A stretch of 64,000 nt of DNA from an uncultured bacterium (GTDB lineage Bacteria; Patescibacteriota; Minisyncoccia; UBA6257; 2-01-FULL-56-20), in assembly GCA_963719425.1 (NCBI GenBank), contig OY970382.1, positions 71,888 to 135,887 of the forward strand, written 5' to 3'. Positions 30,461 to 39,701 of this stretch are shown in pieces; the stretch's first letter is position 1, and every line of letters starts with the position of its first letter. The position numbers were made by a program, and so were the translations under genes. The notes beneath the pieces are model-generated. The model was not told the origin of the DNA, did not search any database, and saw only the letters and a program-made list of their open reading frames with translations.

Positions 30461-30531
30461 TCGGGCCGCCGGGAATCGAACCCGGACATCGAGACCCCCA
30501 GCCTCGCGTACTACCACTATACGACGGCCCG
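30461..30531 (-). tRNA. tRNA-Pro(GGG), CCA not encoded
   Basis: Reverse complement cgggccg...tagtggta...cgagg-ctGGGgg-tctcg...ccggg-ttcgatt-cccgg-cggcccg-a forms a complete cloverleaf. Confidence 0.96.
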
Positions 30532-30570
30532 TTTAATACTTTTTTAACCTCTCTATGATACGATTTTGCC

Positions 30571-31365
30571 ATGAAGAAAACAAGGTTTCGGAATGGTATC
30601 CGACATTCTGCAGTAGTCCGAGAGCGCGCAAGGCAACTACGGCACGATGGGGCAGCGCACCGAGAGATTGCAAAAGAATTAGGAACAAGCGTAAGTACGG
30701 CACATTTGTGGACCAAAGATATTACATTATCGGCGGAACAAAGAGTGGCGATTCTTGCCCGTGCAGCGCGTCATGCATTCTCGATTGAGCGCCGGAAAAA
30801 ATTGAGCGAGGCCGCTAAAATTCGTTTGGCGAAATATCGTGAACGATATACCAAAGCAGACCTCTTAAATAAAATCACAGACTTCTATCGGCGTTATGGC
30901 CGGATTCCGTTAAAACGCGAGTTTAATATGTACGATACCTACCGTCGACATTTCGGGAGTTGGAATAGCGCTATCCGTGCGGCGGGATTCAATACGAATC
31001 CACAAATTTTTTCATATAAATTCTTCGCTCGCGACGGCCACCGTTGTGATTCATTCACGGAAAGAATAATTGACGATTGGCTTTCGGAACGGAATATTTC
31101 TCATGAGAGAAATTGGAAATATCTTGGCACCAAAATGACGGCAGATTTCTTTGTACAGCCGGGGATCGTCATTGAATTTTTTGGGCTCGCCGGAGTTCAG
31201 AAAAGATATAACGAGCTTATTGAGGCGAAACGGGGATTTTGCGCTGGCCGCGGATTAGTGCTCATTGGATTATATCCATATGATGTATTTCCTGAAGACC
31301 ATTTAAATATAAAATTGGGTTTTCTCCAAGTGATAGTTGCAACAAAAACCGTTTTCTTGGTATAA
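30571..31365 (+). CDS. HTH plus homing-endonuclease-associated repeat plus putative PD-(D/E)xK nuclease protein
   Basis: A.REIAKELG.S.ST...W HTH; Y.RHFGSWNSAIRAAG repeat; CDSF.E..IDDWL...ADF...IEFFG. Confidence 0.7.
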   Translation: MKKTRFRNGIRHSAVVRERARQLRHDGAAHREIAKELGTSVSTAHLWTKDITLSAEQRVAILARAARHAFSIERRKKLSEAAKIRLAKYRERYTKADLLNKITDFYRRYGRIPLKREFNMYDTYRRHFGSWNSAIRAAGFNTNPQIFSYKFFARDGHRCDSFTERIIDDWLSERNISHERNWKYLGTKMTADFFVQPGIVIEFFGLAGVQKRYNELIEAKRGFCAGRGLVLIGLYPYDVFPEDHLNIKLGFLQVIVATKTVFLV

Positions 31366-31372
31366 TGCCTAT

Positions 31373-31732
31373 ATGAACCGCGAGATGCCGCAGCCAAGAA
31401 AAAATGGATCCGAACTCCCACCAGGGATAAGGCCTCCGTCGGAAGTGAGCTCTGGCCCATTAAGGAGCCCCCTAAATAAGGTGTTACAGAAGGAAACAAA
31501 AATTCCGGAAGGAAAAGAATGGGTGAAGGGCTTGATTGATGAAATCCCGGTCGCTTATCTTCCAATAGTCACCGACTTCTTGAGGAGGGTTCCTCCTAAT
31601 AAAGCTGAAGAAGCGGCACGAAAACTTTTTGACGTCATTACGGAGATGACCAACGGCGTGCTTCGGTCGCCCAATCCCAAAGAAACACTTCAAGAGTGCA
31701 TCAGAGAAGCGGAGAAACGCATAGGAAACTAA
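31373..31732 (+). CDS. Hypothetical protein
   Basis: 119-aa ORF, ATG 6 nt after TATAAT. Confidence 0.6.
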   Translation: MNREMPQPRKNGSELPPGIRPPSEVSSGPLRSPLNKVLQKETKIPEGKEWVKGLIDEIPVAYLPIVTDFLRRVPPNKAEEAARKLFDVITEMTNGVLRSPNPKETLQECIREAEKRIGN

Positions 31733-31941
31733 GCACCCTTTGCGGCTGCTTCATTCGTTGCCTTGCCCTTGCTCTGCGTCTTCAGGCAGTTTGTGCAGAT
31801 GAGCTCCCGCACGCCATTCACTTTAGCGTATTGCAGGTTGGGATACTTGCGGCTCCAGTTCACAGGGTTATAGTGGCCGCGCAACAGGCGGTGCGCGCCG
31901 CCCATTTGCGATCCCTTATGGCAGATGGCACATTGTCTCAT
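31729..31941 (-). CDS. rpmB: 50S ribosomal protein L28
   Basis: MRQCAICHKG...YPNLQ...ICTNCLKT (zinc-binding form). Confidence 0.88.
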   Translation of the reverse strand: MRQCAICHKGSQMGGAHRLLRGHYNPVNWSRKYPNLQYAKVNGVRELICTNCLKTQSKGKATNEAAAKGA

Positions 31942-32044
31942 GGCAATTATGATATGCGAAAATGGAACTTTTTGCAACGCCGTATTGTCACTTGTTGGAC
32001 ACCGCACGGGCGCGGCGCAGGGAACCGGTCGGCGGCATCGCGCG

Positions 32045-32530
32045 CTACTCCGCTTTCACATTCAGCTTCTTTGATTTCCTTTTGTTCGCTTTCGGCAGAT
32101 GCACCGTGAGGATGCCGTTCTTGAAATTTACGCTCGCGCCCTCCGGGTCAACTTCCTGGGGAAGGATGATGGAGCGTGCAAACCGGCCCCAGTAGCATTC
32201 CTGATACAAATAATCCTCGCTCTCGGCGCTCCGCGTGCGCTCCCGCGAGCCGCGGATCACGAGAGAATCGGGCGTCGCGTTCACGTCGATGTCCTCCGGC
32301 TTTACGCCCGCGATCGCGGACTCCACGACAATCTCCGAAGGCGTCTGGTACACGTCCACGGTGAGTTGCCCCTCCGGTTCGTTCGCGGGCTCCAGCTTCG
32401 GCCGCGCCGCCTTCGGCCGCGCGGCAAGCGCGCTTGCGTCGGCTTTTGCGAGCTCAACCTCGTAGTGCGTGTCGGCGTTTGACTTCGCTCCTGCCAATGA
32501 TTCAAAAAATTTTTCGTCTTGTGTGTCCAT
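32045..32530 (-). CDS. Hsp20/alpha-crystallin family protein
   Basis: EGQLTVDVYQT; IAGV.PEDI; QECYWG.F.RSIILP; NGILTV.LPK. Confidence 0.93.
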   Translation of the reverse strand: MDTQDEKFFESLAGAKSNADTHYEVELAKADASALAARPKAARPKLEPANEPEGQLTVDVYQTPSEIVVESAIAGVKPEDIDVNATPDSLVIRGSRERTRSAESEDYLYQECYWGRFARSIILPQEVDPEGASVNFKNGILTVHLPKANKRKSKKLNVKAE

Positions 32531-32532
32531 GG

Positions 32533-33222
32533 TTATGCGGGCGATACCTTCAGTTTCTCAAAGTCGTTCAACACGAAGAAGCCGACGATGAGAAGAAATA
32601 CAACTACATACGTGATATCCCCATAATCCAGTATAAGATGGTTGAAAAATGTGTGCAAGGCGGTGGCGATCACAAGGCCAAACGCAAGGTTCCACCCCAC
32701 CTTCTTCCGTGCAACGCCGAGCGCCCAGTGGTATCCTACGATGCCCGAGGTGAGCGAGTGGAGCAGGGTGGCGCCCACGAACCGGAGTGAGGCGGTTGCG
32801 AAGAACGCGCCGACCATCGCCGTTTGGGAGGCCACGAGAGAGATGTTGGAAACCGCGCCGATATTCTCCAACGTCGCGAACCCCATCGCAGCGACGATCA
32901 TATAGAGCATCCGCTCCACCGGTTCATCTAAGAGCGGGCTTTTGCCGACAGCAAAGTATGCGGCGCCGAATTTCAGCACTTCCTCAATGAGCGCGAGTCC
33001 TGCGAGTGAGATAAGGGAAAGTTCTTGAATGTCCCATTGGCTCTCCGCATGGCTGAACATCTGTTCCACGACAATCGTAAAGAATCCGAATGCAACGCCC
33101 ACGAAAAATGTGAGCACGATCAGGCGCTTCGGCTCGGGGTGCGGTTCTTCGGTGAAATAGAAAATGAGCCACGCGAATCCGGGCAGGAGTCCGAACACGA
33201 GCGTGGCAACAAGGAAGGGCAT
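32533..33222 (-). CDS. PrsW-family intramembrane metalloprotease
   Basis: HPEP, IEEVLK, GFATLEN, LH, H..FN motifs. Confidence 0.9.
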   Translation of the reverse strand: MPFLVATLVFGLLPGFAWLIFYFTEEPHPEPKRLIVLTFFVGVAFGFFTIVVEQMFSHAESQWDIQELSLISLAGLALIEEVLKFGAAYFAVGKSPLLDEPVERMLYMIVAAMGFATLENIGAVSNISLVASQTAMVGAFFATASLRFVGATLLHSLTSGIVGYHWALGVARKKVGWNLAFGLVIATALHTFFNHLILDYGDITYVVVFLLIVGFFVLNDFEKLKVSPA

Positions 33223-33232
33223 CGTTTTTATT

Positions 33233-35806
33233 TTACCACCTCGCTACCATGAGCATTTTCCCCGGCCGGAAAATATCGTATATCTCTTCCGTGAGGAATG
33301 GCATGAACGGATGGAGCATGGTAAGCGACCCCAAAAGCAGGCGCTCAAGGAGGGCGTAGCTTTCCGCTTTTTCTGCCGCGGCACCGCCGTGAAGTTTGTT
33401 CTTCTCCGCTTCCACAATCTTGTCCGCAAGCGTGTGCCAGACGTAGTGATAAAGCTTTTCGGCGGCGAGATGGAAATCAAAATCTTCAAGGTGCGCCGTC
33501 ACTTCTTTTTTGAGCGCGGCGAACTCCTTTATTTCTTTGCGTTTCGCGAGCGCGGGCGCATCCGCACGCGCGGCAGCGGTCGTGGTGTCAGCGGCGTCCG
33601 TTTCCACGGGCTTGTTCATATAAATGAACCGCGCGATGTTCCACAGCTTTGTGGAAAAATTGCGATAGCCCTTCACTTTTTGCTCGTCAAACGTAACATC
33701 GTTGCCCGACGACGCGCCCGCGATGAGCGCCATGCGCAGGGCGTCCGCGCCGTACTTGTCGGCGAGCTCCAGGGGATCCGCGCCGTTGCCGAGCGATTTG
33801 CTGAACTTGCGGCGTTCTTTGTCGCGCACGATGCCGTGGAGATAGACCGTCCGGAAGGGGATTTGTCCAAGGAGTGATCCACTCATCAAAATCATCCGCG
33901 CGACCCACAGGAAGAGAATCTCGTAGCCGGGCCCCATAAAAGAGGTGGGGTGGAATGTTTTCAAATCGTCTGTCTCCTCCGGCCAGCCGAGCGTGCTGAA
34001 GGTCCACATCGCGGAAGAGAACCACGTGTCAAAGGTGTCCTCATCCTGCACGAGTTTGGTGCCACCGCACACCGGACATTTTTTGGGTGGGTTGTCGCTC
34101 ACGAAAATATTTCCGCATCCCTCTTCTGCGTCTTTTTTTGAGAATGGATGGAACTCGTATGCGTAAAGATACGCCGCCGATTTGGGTGTGACCGTTTTTC
34201 CGGGATTCCTCAGCTTGAGGGCCGCCATCAACTCATTGAGGTTCTCATACGTTTTGTAATGGGCCTCGTCGCGATAATTAATTTTTTCCACCGTTGTTTT
34301 CTCCACTTCGGTTATGATACCGTAGCCGAATAACGTCTTCGTTTGCGAATTTTCAAAAAGAACTTTGTCCCCTGTCTTAAAGCCGTAATCCTTCAACCTA
34401 TACGTCTTTGTCTTTCCACCCGGTACTTGCGATACCACCTTTTGGTGCCATCCCATTTTCGGCTGGTCCGCCCTCGCCGCGCCGCCGCAGTACCATGCGG
34501 GAATGCGGTGCCCGAACCACAATTGCCGTGAAACGCACCAGTCACGGAGATTGTCTATCCAATGGAAATAGATTTTTTTGAAACGATCGGGGAGAATTGC
34601 GATCTCGCCGCTCGCGACGACGTGCCGCATGATCTCTTTAAGCGTCGTTGTGGCGCCGCTTTTTATTCCCGTGAGTTCCGAGTGGGGGAGCTTGAACGGT
34701 TTATTCGCCGCCACAAACCATTGCTTTAGGATCTGGGGTTCAATGATGCCGCCGCCGCGGCTGTTCGTCGCCACGCGGTGAACGTAGTGCTCATCCACTT
34801 TCGTGAAAAGCCCCTTCTGCTTCAATTTTTCCACGATGAGTGGCCGTGCTTTCTTGATGTGCATGCCGGCGAACTCGCCCGCGATGGGGAGCAGTTTCCC
34901 ATGGAGATCAATGATCTGCTCCCTGTCCAGTCCGTGCCGCTCGGCAATATCGAAGTCCACCGCGTCGTGCCACGGCGTGATCGTCATCACGCCCGTGCCG
35001 AACGCCGTGTCTATAGAGGGGTCCTTCACGACCGTCGCCGTGACTGGACCGTTAATCCATTCCAGTTCTAGCTTCGCTCCGTGCTGGTACTTCGCGTAGC
35101 GCTTGTCGTCCGGATGCATCACTACATACTTGTCGCCGAACTTTGTTTCCGGCCGGGCCGTCGCGATCGTGAAGGGGCCGTATTTGAGGTAGTAGAAGGG
35201 CTCGGTCTTTTCCACCCATTCCACCTCGTCGTCGGAAACGGTCGTCTGGAGTTCCGGGTCCCAGTTCACGATGCGCCCGCCGCGGTATACGAGCCCGCAA
35301 TCATACAATCTCTTGAATGCGGTGCGCACGGCAAGGTTCCTTGTTTCGTCCAGGGTGTAGGCCTCGCGGCTCCAGTCAAGCGATGCTCCCAGCCGCTTCA
35401 CCTGGCGAACGATCGTATCGTGAGAGGACTTGGCGAACGCATCAACCCGCTTCAGGAATTCCTCGCGCCCGAGGTCATGCCGCGTCTTCCCCTCTTTCTT
35501 ATAGATTTCCTTTTCCACCTTCGCCTGCGTCGCGATCGCGGCATGGTCGGTCCCCGGGATCCAGAGCGTCCGCTTCCCCTTCATCCGTTCGTAACGGATG
35601 ACGATGTCCTGGATCGCGTCCTCAAATGCGTGGCCGATGTGCAACGTCCCCGTCACGTTCGGTGGCGGCAGGACCACGCAAAACGGCTCCGCGTCCGGCT
35701 TTGTCACTCCCTTCGCAACGCAAACATCCGGATTGAAATATCCGGATTTTTCCCAACGCGCGTAAATTTTTGACTCAACCTCTTTTATGTCGTAGCGCGA
35801 TTCCAT
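33233..35806 (-). CDS. valS: Valine--tRNA ligase with an inserted ASCH/PUA-like domain; no C-terminal coiled coil
   Basis: PPPNVTGTLHIGHA, DWCVSRQLWFGHRIP, DTWFSS, KFSKS; start taken at MESRYD. Confidence 0.95.
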   Translation of the reverse strand: MESRYDIKEVESKIYARWEKSGYFNPDVCVAKGVTKPDAEPFCVVLPPPNVTGTLHIGHAFEDAIQDIVIRYERMKGKRTLWIPGTDHAAIATQAKVEKEIYKKEGKTRHDLGREEFLKRVDAFAKSSHDTIVRQVKRLGASLDWSREAYTLDETRNLAVRTAFKRLYDCGLVYRGGRIVNWDPELQTTVSDDEVEWVEKTEPFYYLKYGPFTIATARPETKFGDKYVVMHPDDKRYAKYQHGAKLELEWINGPVTATVVKDPSIDTAFGTGVMTITPWHDAVDFDIAERHGLDREQIIDLHGKLLPIAGEFAGMHIKKARPLIVEKLKQKGLFTKVDEHYVHRVATNSRGGGIIEPQILKQWFVAANKPFKLPHSELTGIKSGATTTLKEIMRHVVASGEIAILPDRFKKIYFHWIDNLRDWCVSRQLWFGHRIPAWYCGGAARADQPKMGWHQKVVSQVPGGKTKTYRLKDYGFKTGDKVLFENSQTKTLFGYGIITEVEKTTVEKINYRDEAHYKTYENLNELMAALKLRNPGKTVTPKSAAYLYAYEFHPFSKKDAEEGCGNIFVSDNPPKKCPVCGGTKLVQDEDTFDTWFSSAMWTFSTLGWPEETDDLKTFHPTSFMGPGYEILFLWVARMILMSGSLLGQIPFRTVYLHGIVRDKERRKFSKSLGNGADPLELADKYGADALRMALIAGASSGNDVTFDEQKVKGYRNFSTKLWNIARFIYMNKPVETDAADTTTAAARADAPALAKRKEIKEFAALKKEVTAHLEDFDFHLAAEKLYHYVWHTLADKIVEAEKNKLHGGAAAEKAESYALLERLLLGSLTMLHPFMPFLTEEIYDIFRPGKMLMVARW

Positions 35807-35880
35807 GGGGCTCAATAATCCCATCATACGCGATTTTCGCCCGCTTTTAAAGATATAAAAGTGAAGCCGCCCGGTCCTTT

Positions 35881-36295
35881 CTACGAAGAATCCGGGCGGA
35901 AGATGAATCTGACGGCGGTTACACAAACCGACACTAGTGCCACCGCCACGATGGCCTCGGTGCCAGCGCCCACACCGAGGGTATAGACCCACAGGCAAAG
36001 AACGCCGAGGCAGGAATTGCTTATGGAGCGTTCCATTCCTGCCTCGACGCGAATTCCTAAAACGAGTGCAGCGATTGCTGTCGCCGCCACCGCCCACAGG
36101 ACGGGATGCTGGTTCAATCAACAAAAGCAGCGCGATAATCGCAGCTATGCCCAGCATTCCTAATACCAAACCGAAGACTGAGCATAGGATGACTCTCGGC
36201 CATGTCATACGCCACCATCGCTTTAGCAGGTAGCGCAAGGCCCGCATGCGGCGCTGGACAGTCCGTTCCTTTTTAGGTAGTACTTGTTGGTGCAT
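35881..36295 (-). pseudogene. Small multi-TM membrane protein, apparently frameshifted near 36115
   Basis: MHQQ...IIALLLL (frame of valS) continues as NQHPVLWAVAA...FIFRPDSS* in another frame after a 1-nt shift. Confidence 0.45.
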
Positions 36296-36427
36296 ACCCA
36301 CCCCCCTTCCACTTATATGTGTATGACTTGATGCCCGCGCTGTCAACCTATTCGCCCGGTTTTTTCTACCGCATCGATTGCTTGTGGATAACGCAGATGT
36401 GCTATACTCAAACCTACAACCGAATAG

Positions 36428-36542
36428 CTTATCGTGAGCGTGGCGAGGGAACTGGCCCAACGACCCACCGACAACCCCCGGCGATGCGCAATTGCGCGGC
36501 AATAGGAAGGTGTCACATCCAGCCCGCAAGGGAAAGATAAAG
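36428..36542 (+). promoter_or_regulatory. SAM-I riboswitch
   Basis: cttatc..gag..gtggcgagggaactggccc..ga..c..caacc...aaggtgtc.catccag...gataa matches the SAM-I core; lies upstream of metK. Confidence 0.93.
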
Positions 36543-36547
36543 GTCGC

Positions 36548-36577
36548 AATGCTTTTCTTTCGGGAAAGGCGTTTTTT
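36548..36577 (+). terminator. Riboswitch expression-platform terminator
   Basis: aatgcttttct-ttcg-ggaaaggcgtt followed by a U-tract. Confidence 0.75.
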
Positions 36578-36618
36578 ATTCTGTTCGGTTGGAACTTTCA
36601 AGAATAAAATTAAAAACA

Positions 36619-37602
36619 ATGAGTACGATCATAAAAACCGCGGAATTCGTTTCGCCGAAACATCCGGACAAGGCCTGTGACCAGATCGCGGACGCGCTTC
36701 TGGACGCCTATCTTGCGGGCGACAAAGCGGGCGGACCGCGAAGCCGCGTGGCGGTGGAGGTGATGGGCGGGCACGGCCACATCACGATCTCGGGAGAAGT
36801 GACGAGCGCGACCGAGGTAGACATTCCAAATGTGGTGAAGGGCATCGTTGGCCAGGAATATGCCGTGCACCCCTACCTTACGAAGCAGAGCCCGGAGATC
36901 GCGCGGGGCGTGGACACGGGCGGCGCGGGGGACCAGGGAATCATGATGGGCTATGCCACGCGCGAAACGGAAAACTTCATGCCGGTTGAATACGAGCTCG
37001 CGCGGAAACTCTGCCGTGCGATTTACGAAAAATATCCGTACGACGGAAAGACGCAGGTGACCGTGGAATGGCCGGACGGCGCGGGGAACGGGAAGCCAAA
37101 AGTGCGCACGGTCGTCACGAGCTTCCAGAACACGAAGAGCGCGGAACTCCTTGCGCTTGTGAAGGAGGTCATCGCCGCGGATGAATATTTGATAAACCCC
37201 ACAGGCGAGTGGACACTTGGGAGTTTTGATGCGGACTCGGGACTTTCCGGCCGGAAGATCGTAATAGACAACTACGGGCCGGAGGTCGGCGTGGGCGGCG
37301 GTTCGTTCTCAGGAAAGGATTATACGAAGGTGGACCGGTCGGGTGCATACATGGCGCGGCGGATCGCGGTGGATTATTTGAAGAACCATCCGGAGGCAAA
37401 AACCGCGCGCGCGAAGCTCGCCTACGCGATCGGAAAAGCGGAACCCGTGATGGCGGTCGTAGAGGTGAATGGCGATGAGTTCCCAATAGAAGGATACGAC
37501 CTTACGCCGAAAGGAATCTTCGCGTTCCTGAAATTGAGCGAAGTGAAGTGGGCAGAGACCGCCGCGTGGGGCCACTTCGGGAGGGAATTCAGCTGGGGAT
37601 AG
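36619..37602 (+). CDS. metK: S-adenosylmethionine synthetase
   Basis: AEFVSPKHPDK.CDQIAD, QSPEI..GVD.GGAGDQG, D.GL.GRKI..DNYG, GGGSFSGKD.TKVDRS. Confidence 0.96.
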   Translation: MSTIIKTAEFVSPKHPDKACDQIADALLDAYLAGDKAGGPRSRVAVEVMGGHGHITISGEVTSATEVDIPNVVKGIVGQEYAVHPYLTKQSPEIARGVDTGGAGDQGIMMGYATRETENFMPVEYELARKLCRAIYEKYPYDGKTQVTVEWPDGAGNGKPKVRTVVTSFQNTKSAELLALVKEVIAADEYLINPTGEWTLGSFDADSGLSGRKIVIDNYGPEVGVGGGSFSGKDYTKVDRSGAYMARRIAVDYLKNHPEAKTARAKLAYAIGKAEPVMAVVEVNGDEFPIEGYDLTPKGIFAFLKLSEVKWAETAAWGHFGREFSWG

Positions 37603-37623
37603 GGAAGCGCTGGGCGTTGCCCG

Positions 37624-38085
37624 CTAGTTCAGCATCCAGACGGCGTAGTTCAGATACGCAGCGAAGCTGACCCAGAGGATGTAGGGCAGAAGAAGATATG
37701 CAGCCGCGGGAGAGATTTTATAGAACGTAATAATAGTGGCGAGGACCGCGAGCCAGAGAAGAACGATATCCGCGAACGCGCCCGCGGGGTTGTGTGCGCC
37801 AAAGAATATCGCCGACCACGCCACGTTCAAAAGCAGCTGGACACCAAAGATGACGAGCGCGGTCCGTACCTCAGTGCGTCCAAATCCTTTTTGCCACACA
37901 AGAAACGCCGCGATGCCCATCAAAAGGTAAAGCGTCGTCCAGACAGGGCCGAAGATCCAGTTCGGCGGATTGAGCGCGGGCTTCGCAAGTCCGGCGTACC
38001 AGCCGGAAATGGCGGGGACGGTGAATAGGGAACCCACGGCGCCCGCGAGCTCGCATATCACAACGGAGGCGATGAGCTGGAGCAT
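37624..38085 (-). CDS. TspO/MBR family protein
   Basis: WY..L.KP.LNPP.WIFGPVWT.LY; LN.AWS.IFFG; PY..WVSFA..LN. Confidence 0.93.
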   Translation of the reverse strand: MLQLIASVVICELAGAVGSLFTVPAISGWYAGLAKPALNPPNWIFGPVWTTLYLLMGIAAFLVWQKGFGRTEVRTALVIFGVQLLLNVAWSAIFFGAHNPAGAFADIVLLWLAVLATIITFYKISPAAAYLLLPYILWVSFAAYLNYAVWMLN

Positions 38086-38169
38086 AAGAAAATTATAACA
38101 GGTTCTAAAATGAAGAGCGCCGTTCCCTAGCGGAACGGCGCCGTCTTGTCACGTGGACAAGACGAAATA

Positions 38170-39558
38170 TCAGAAAACGTAATTCAGACCGAATCAGGGT
38201 GTGAGGACGCCACCGGAGATATTTGTATTCAGACCAAGTCTTAGGTGTTTCCATGACTTGCGCCTCAACCAAACTTCCGGTTCGGCAGCATCGGGCCGAT
38301 GACCGCTGCGTGCACGGTAGTAACCGGCTCCGGACAGCAGCATCCCGTGGCCGAGCGGCAACTCCTTGGTTCCCCAAACAATGAGTGTCTCTTGTGGAAC
38401 GCGCACGCCGGCAACCCGGGAAAACTGGCCGACGGTGAGATTCTTGAATATCTTACTCAACGGCTTCCCGACTAGGGGAGCCTCGGTCAGCCGAACTTTT
38501 CCTCCCAATTGCATGAAGGGGTGTTTTGAAGTCCCCCCTTGTTCTGAGGTGAAAGAGAGGAATTGTAGGCGTTTCAGGGGAGGCGAGTAGTTAACCGCGT
38601 TGTTTGTGAGAAACGGTAACTCGCCGATTTCCGCGAATCCGGAGCCCGAGATTTTCCCGTACGGCGTCCGGACCGCCCAAGTGTAATTTGGTTCCACCAT
38701 ATCACCGGCGAAGCCATTAGGCGTGAACGGCAGAACTTCTACATTCAGGCTGCCAGTGGTCTTGGCTATCTGCGCAGAACTGTCTGTGTTGCGCCTTTTC
38801 CCGCCCGCGCCGGTTTGCGCTTTTGCGATCCCACCCATGCTTCCAAAAAAAAGCACAGTGGTGATGACGAATGACGCGAACCGCAGAGCAGCTTTAAGCT
38901 GTTTCCGAGGATCGATCTTGGTCGGGTACAGAAAAATTGATATCGGCCAAACAATAGCTGCCAGAAAAATGCGCCAGGTTTCGATGGGAATCTTCAACCC
39001 CTTACCCCGGAGCCGCAGGAGAAAGAAAACAAGCGCCAGCGGCAACGATTGAAGATACGCAATACGGAGGATCGGTAAAAGTTCTGCATAATTCGGAGCG
39101 TTGCGTTCCCCATGTCCGCGATCCGTGCCGTAATACGCAAGGCTCGCCTTCTGCATCGCTTCCTCGGGGTAACGCTTGTCGTACTTCTGCTTGAGCTCCT
39201 CGAGGTGGCTGCTTCGGAGAGCGTTTGTTCGAATTCTCAAGATCACTAGCGTTTGCGGGTCTTTCTCTTGCCACCTACGAGTTTCGTACTTTTGGAGTAA
39301 AAGCTCCGCACGTCTCGCGCGTCCCTGGAGTTTGAAATATTCCTGGGGATCATCACTCGCAGGTTTTTGGAATTCCCGCTTTAGCGAATCGAGTTCGCCC
39401 ATAATTTCATCGGCTTTCAGAGACGGTACATCCTTCATAGTCAGCCATTCCGACTCACTGTCGAGCCGGTTGATTTCCAAAACCACCGGAAGGACGACCA
39501 AAGCGAACAGAACAACAACAGCGAAGTAGAACCACCCCCACTTAATCTCCAATCGCAT
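38170..39558 (-). CDS. Hypothetical membrane protein with a C-terminal beta-barrel-like domain (in-frame TGA at 38194-38196)
   Basis: 454-aa ORF; after the TGA the frame continues FGLNYVF* to 38170. Confidence 0.6.
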
Positions 39559-39701
39559 GCTATCCCCCTTATCCTTCTTTTTTTGTGATTCAACAAGCCT
39601 AGTAAAGCAAGTTAAAGGCCGATCATATTTTAGTATATTTATAAATTAATGTCAAGCGATTCGTCATAATGCCTTCGTTGAGCGGGTGTATACTGAACCT
39701 A

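Noticed and set aside
29571-30716. 381-aa version of the VIT1 ORF
   Set aside because: The extension reads through the tRNA-Pro gene and overlaps the divergent gene; the start was placed at 30458.
36383-36391. DnaA box (tgtggataa) suggesting oriC
   Set aside because: Isolated box, with one more imperfect copy near 27280; no cluster and no dnaA nearby.
33233-36619. 1128-aa ValRS as given in the ORF track
   Set aside because: The 5' part runs antisense across the SAM riboswitch and metK leader; ValRS homology begins at 35806.
38194-38196. TGA recoded as Gly (genetic code 25)
   Set aside because: Several genes (alaS, hicA, tatD, the M16 peptidase) end at TGA and the core genes contain no internal TGA.
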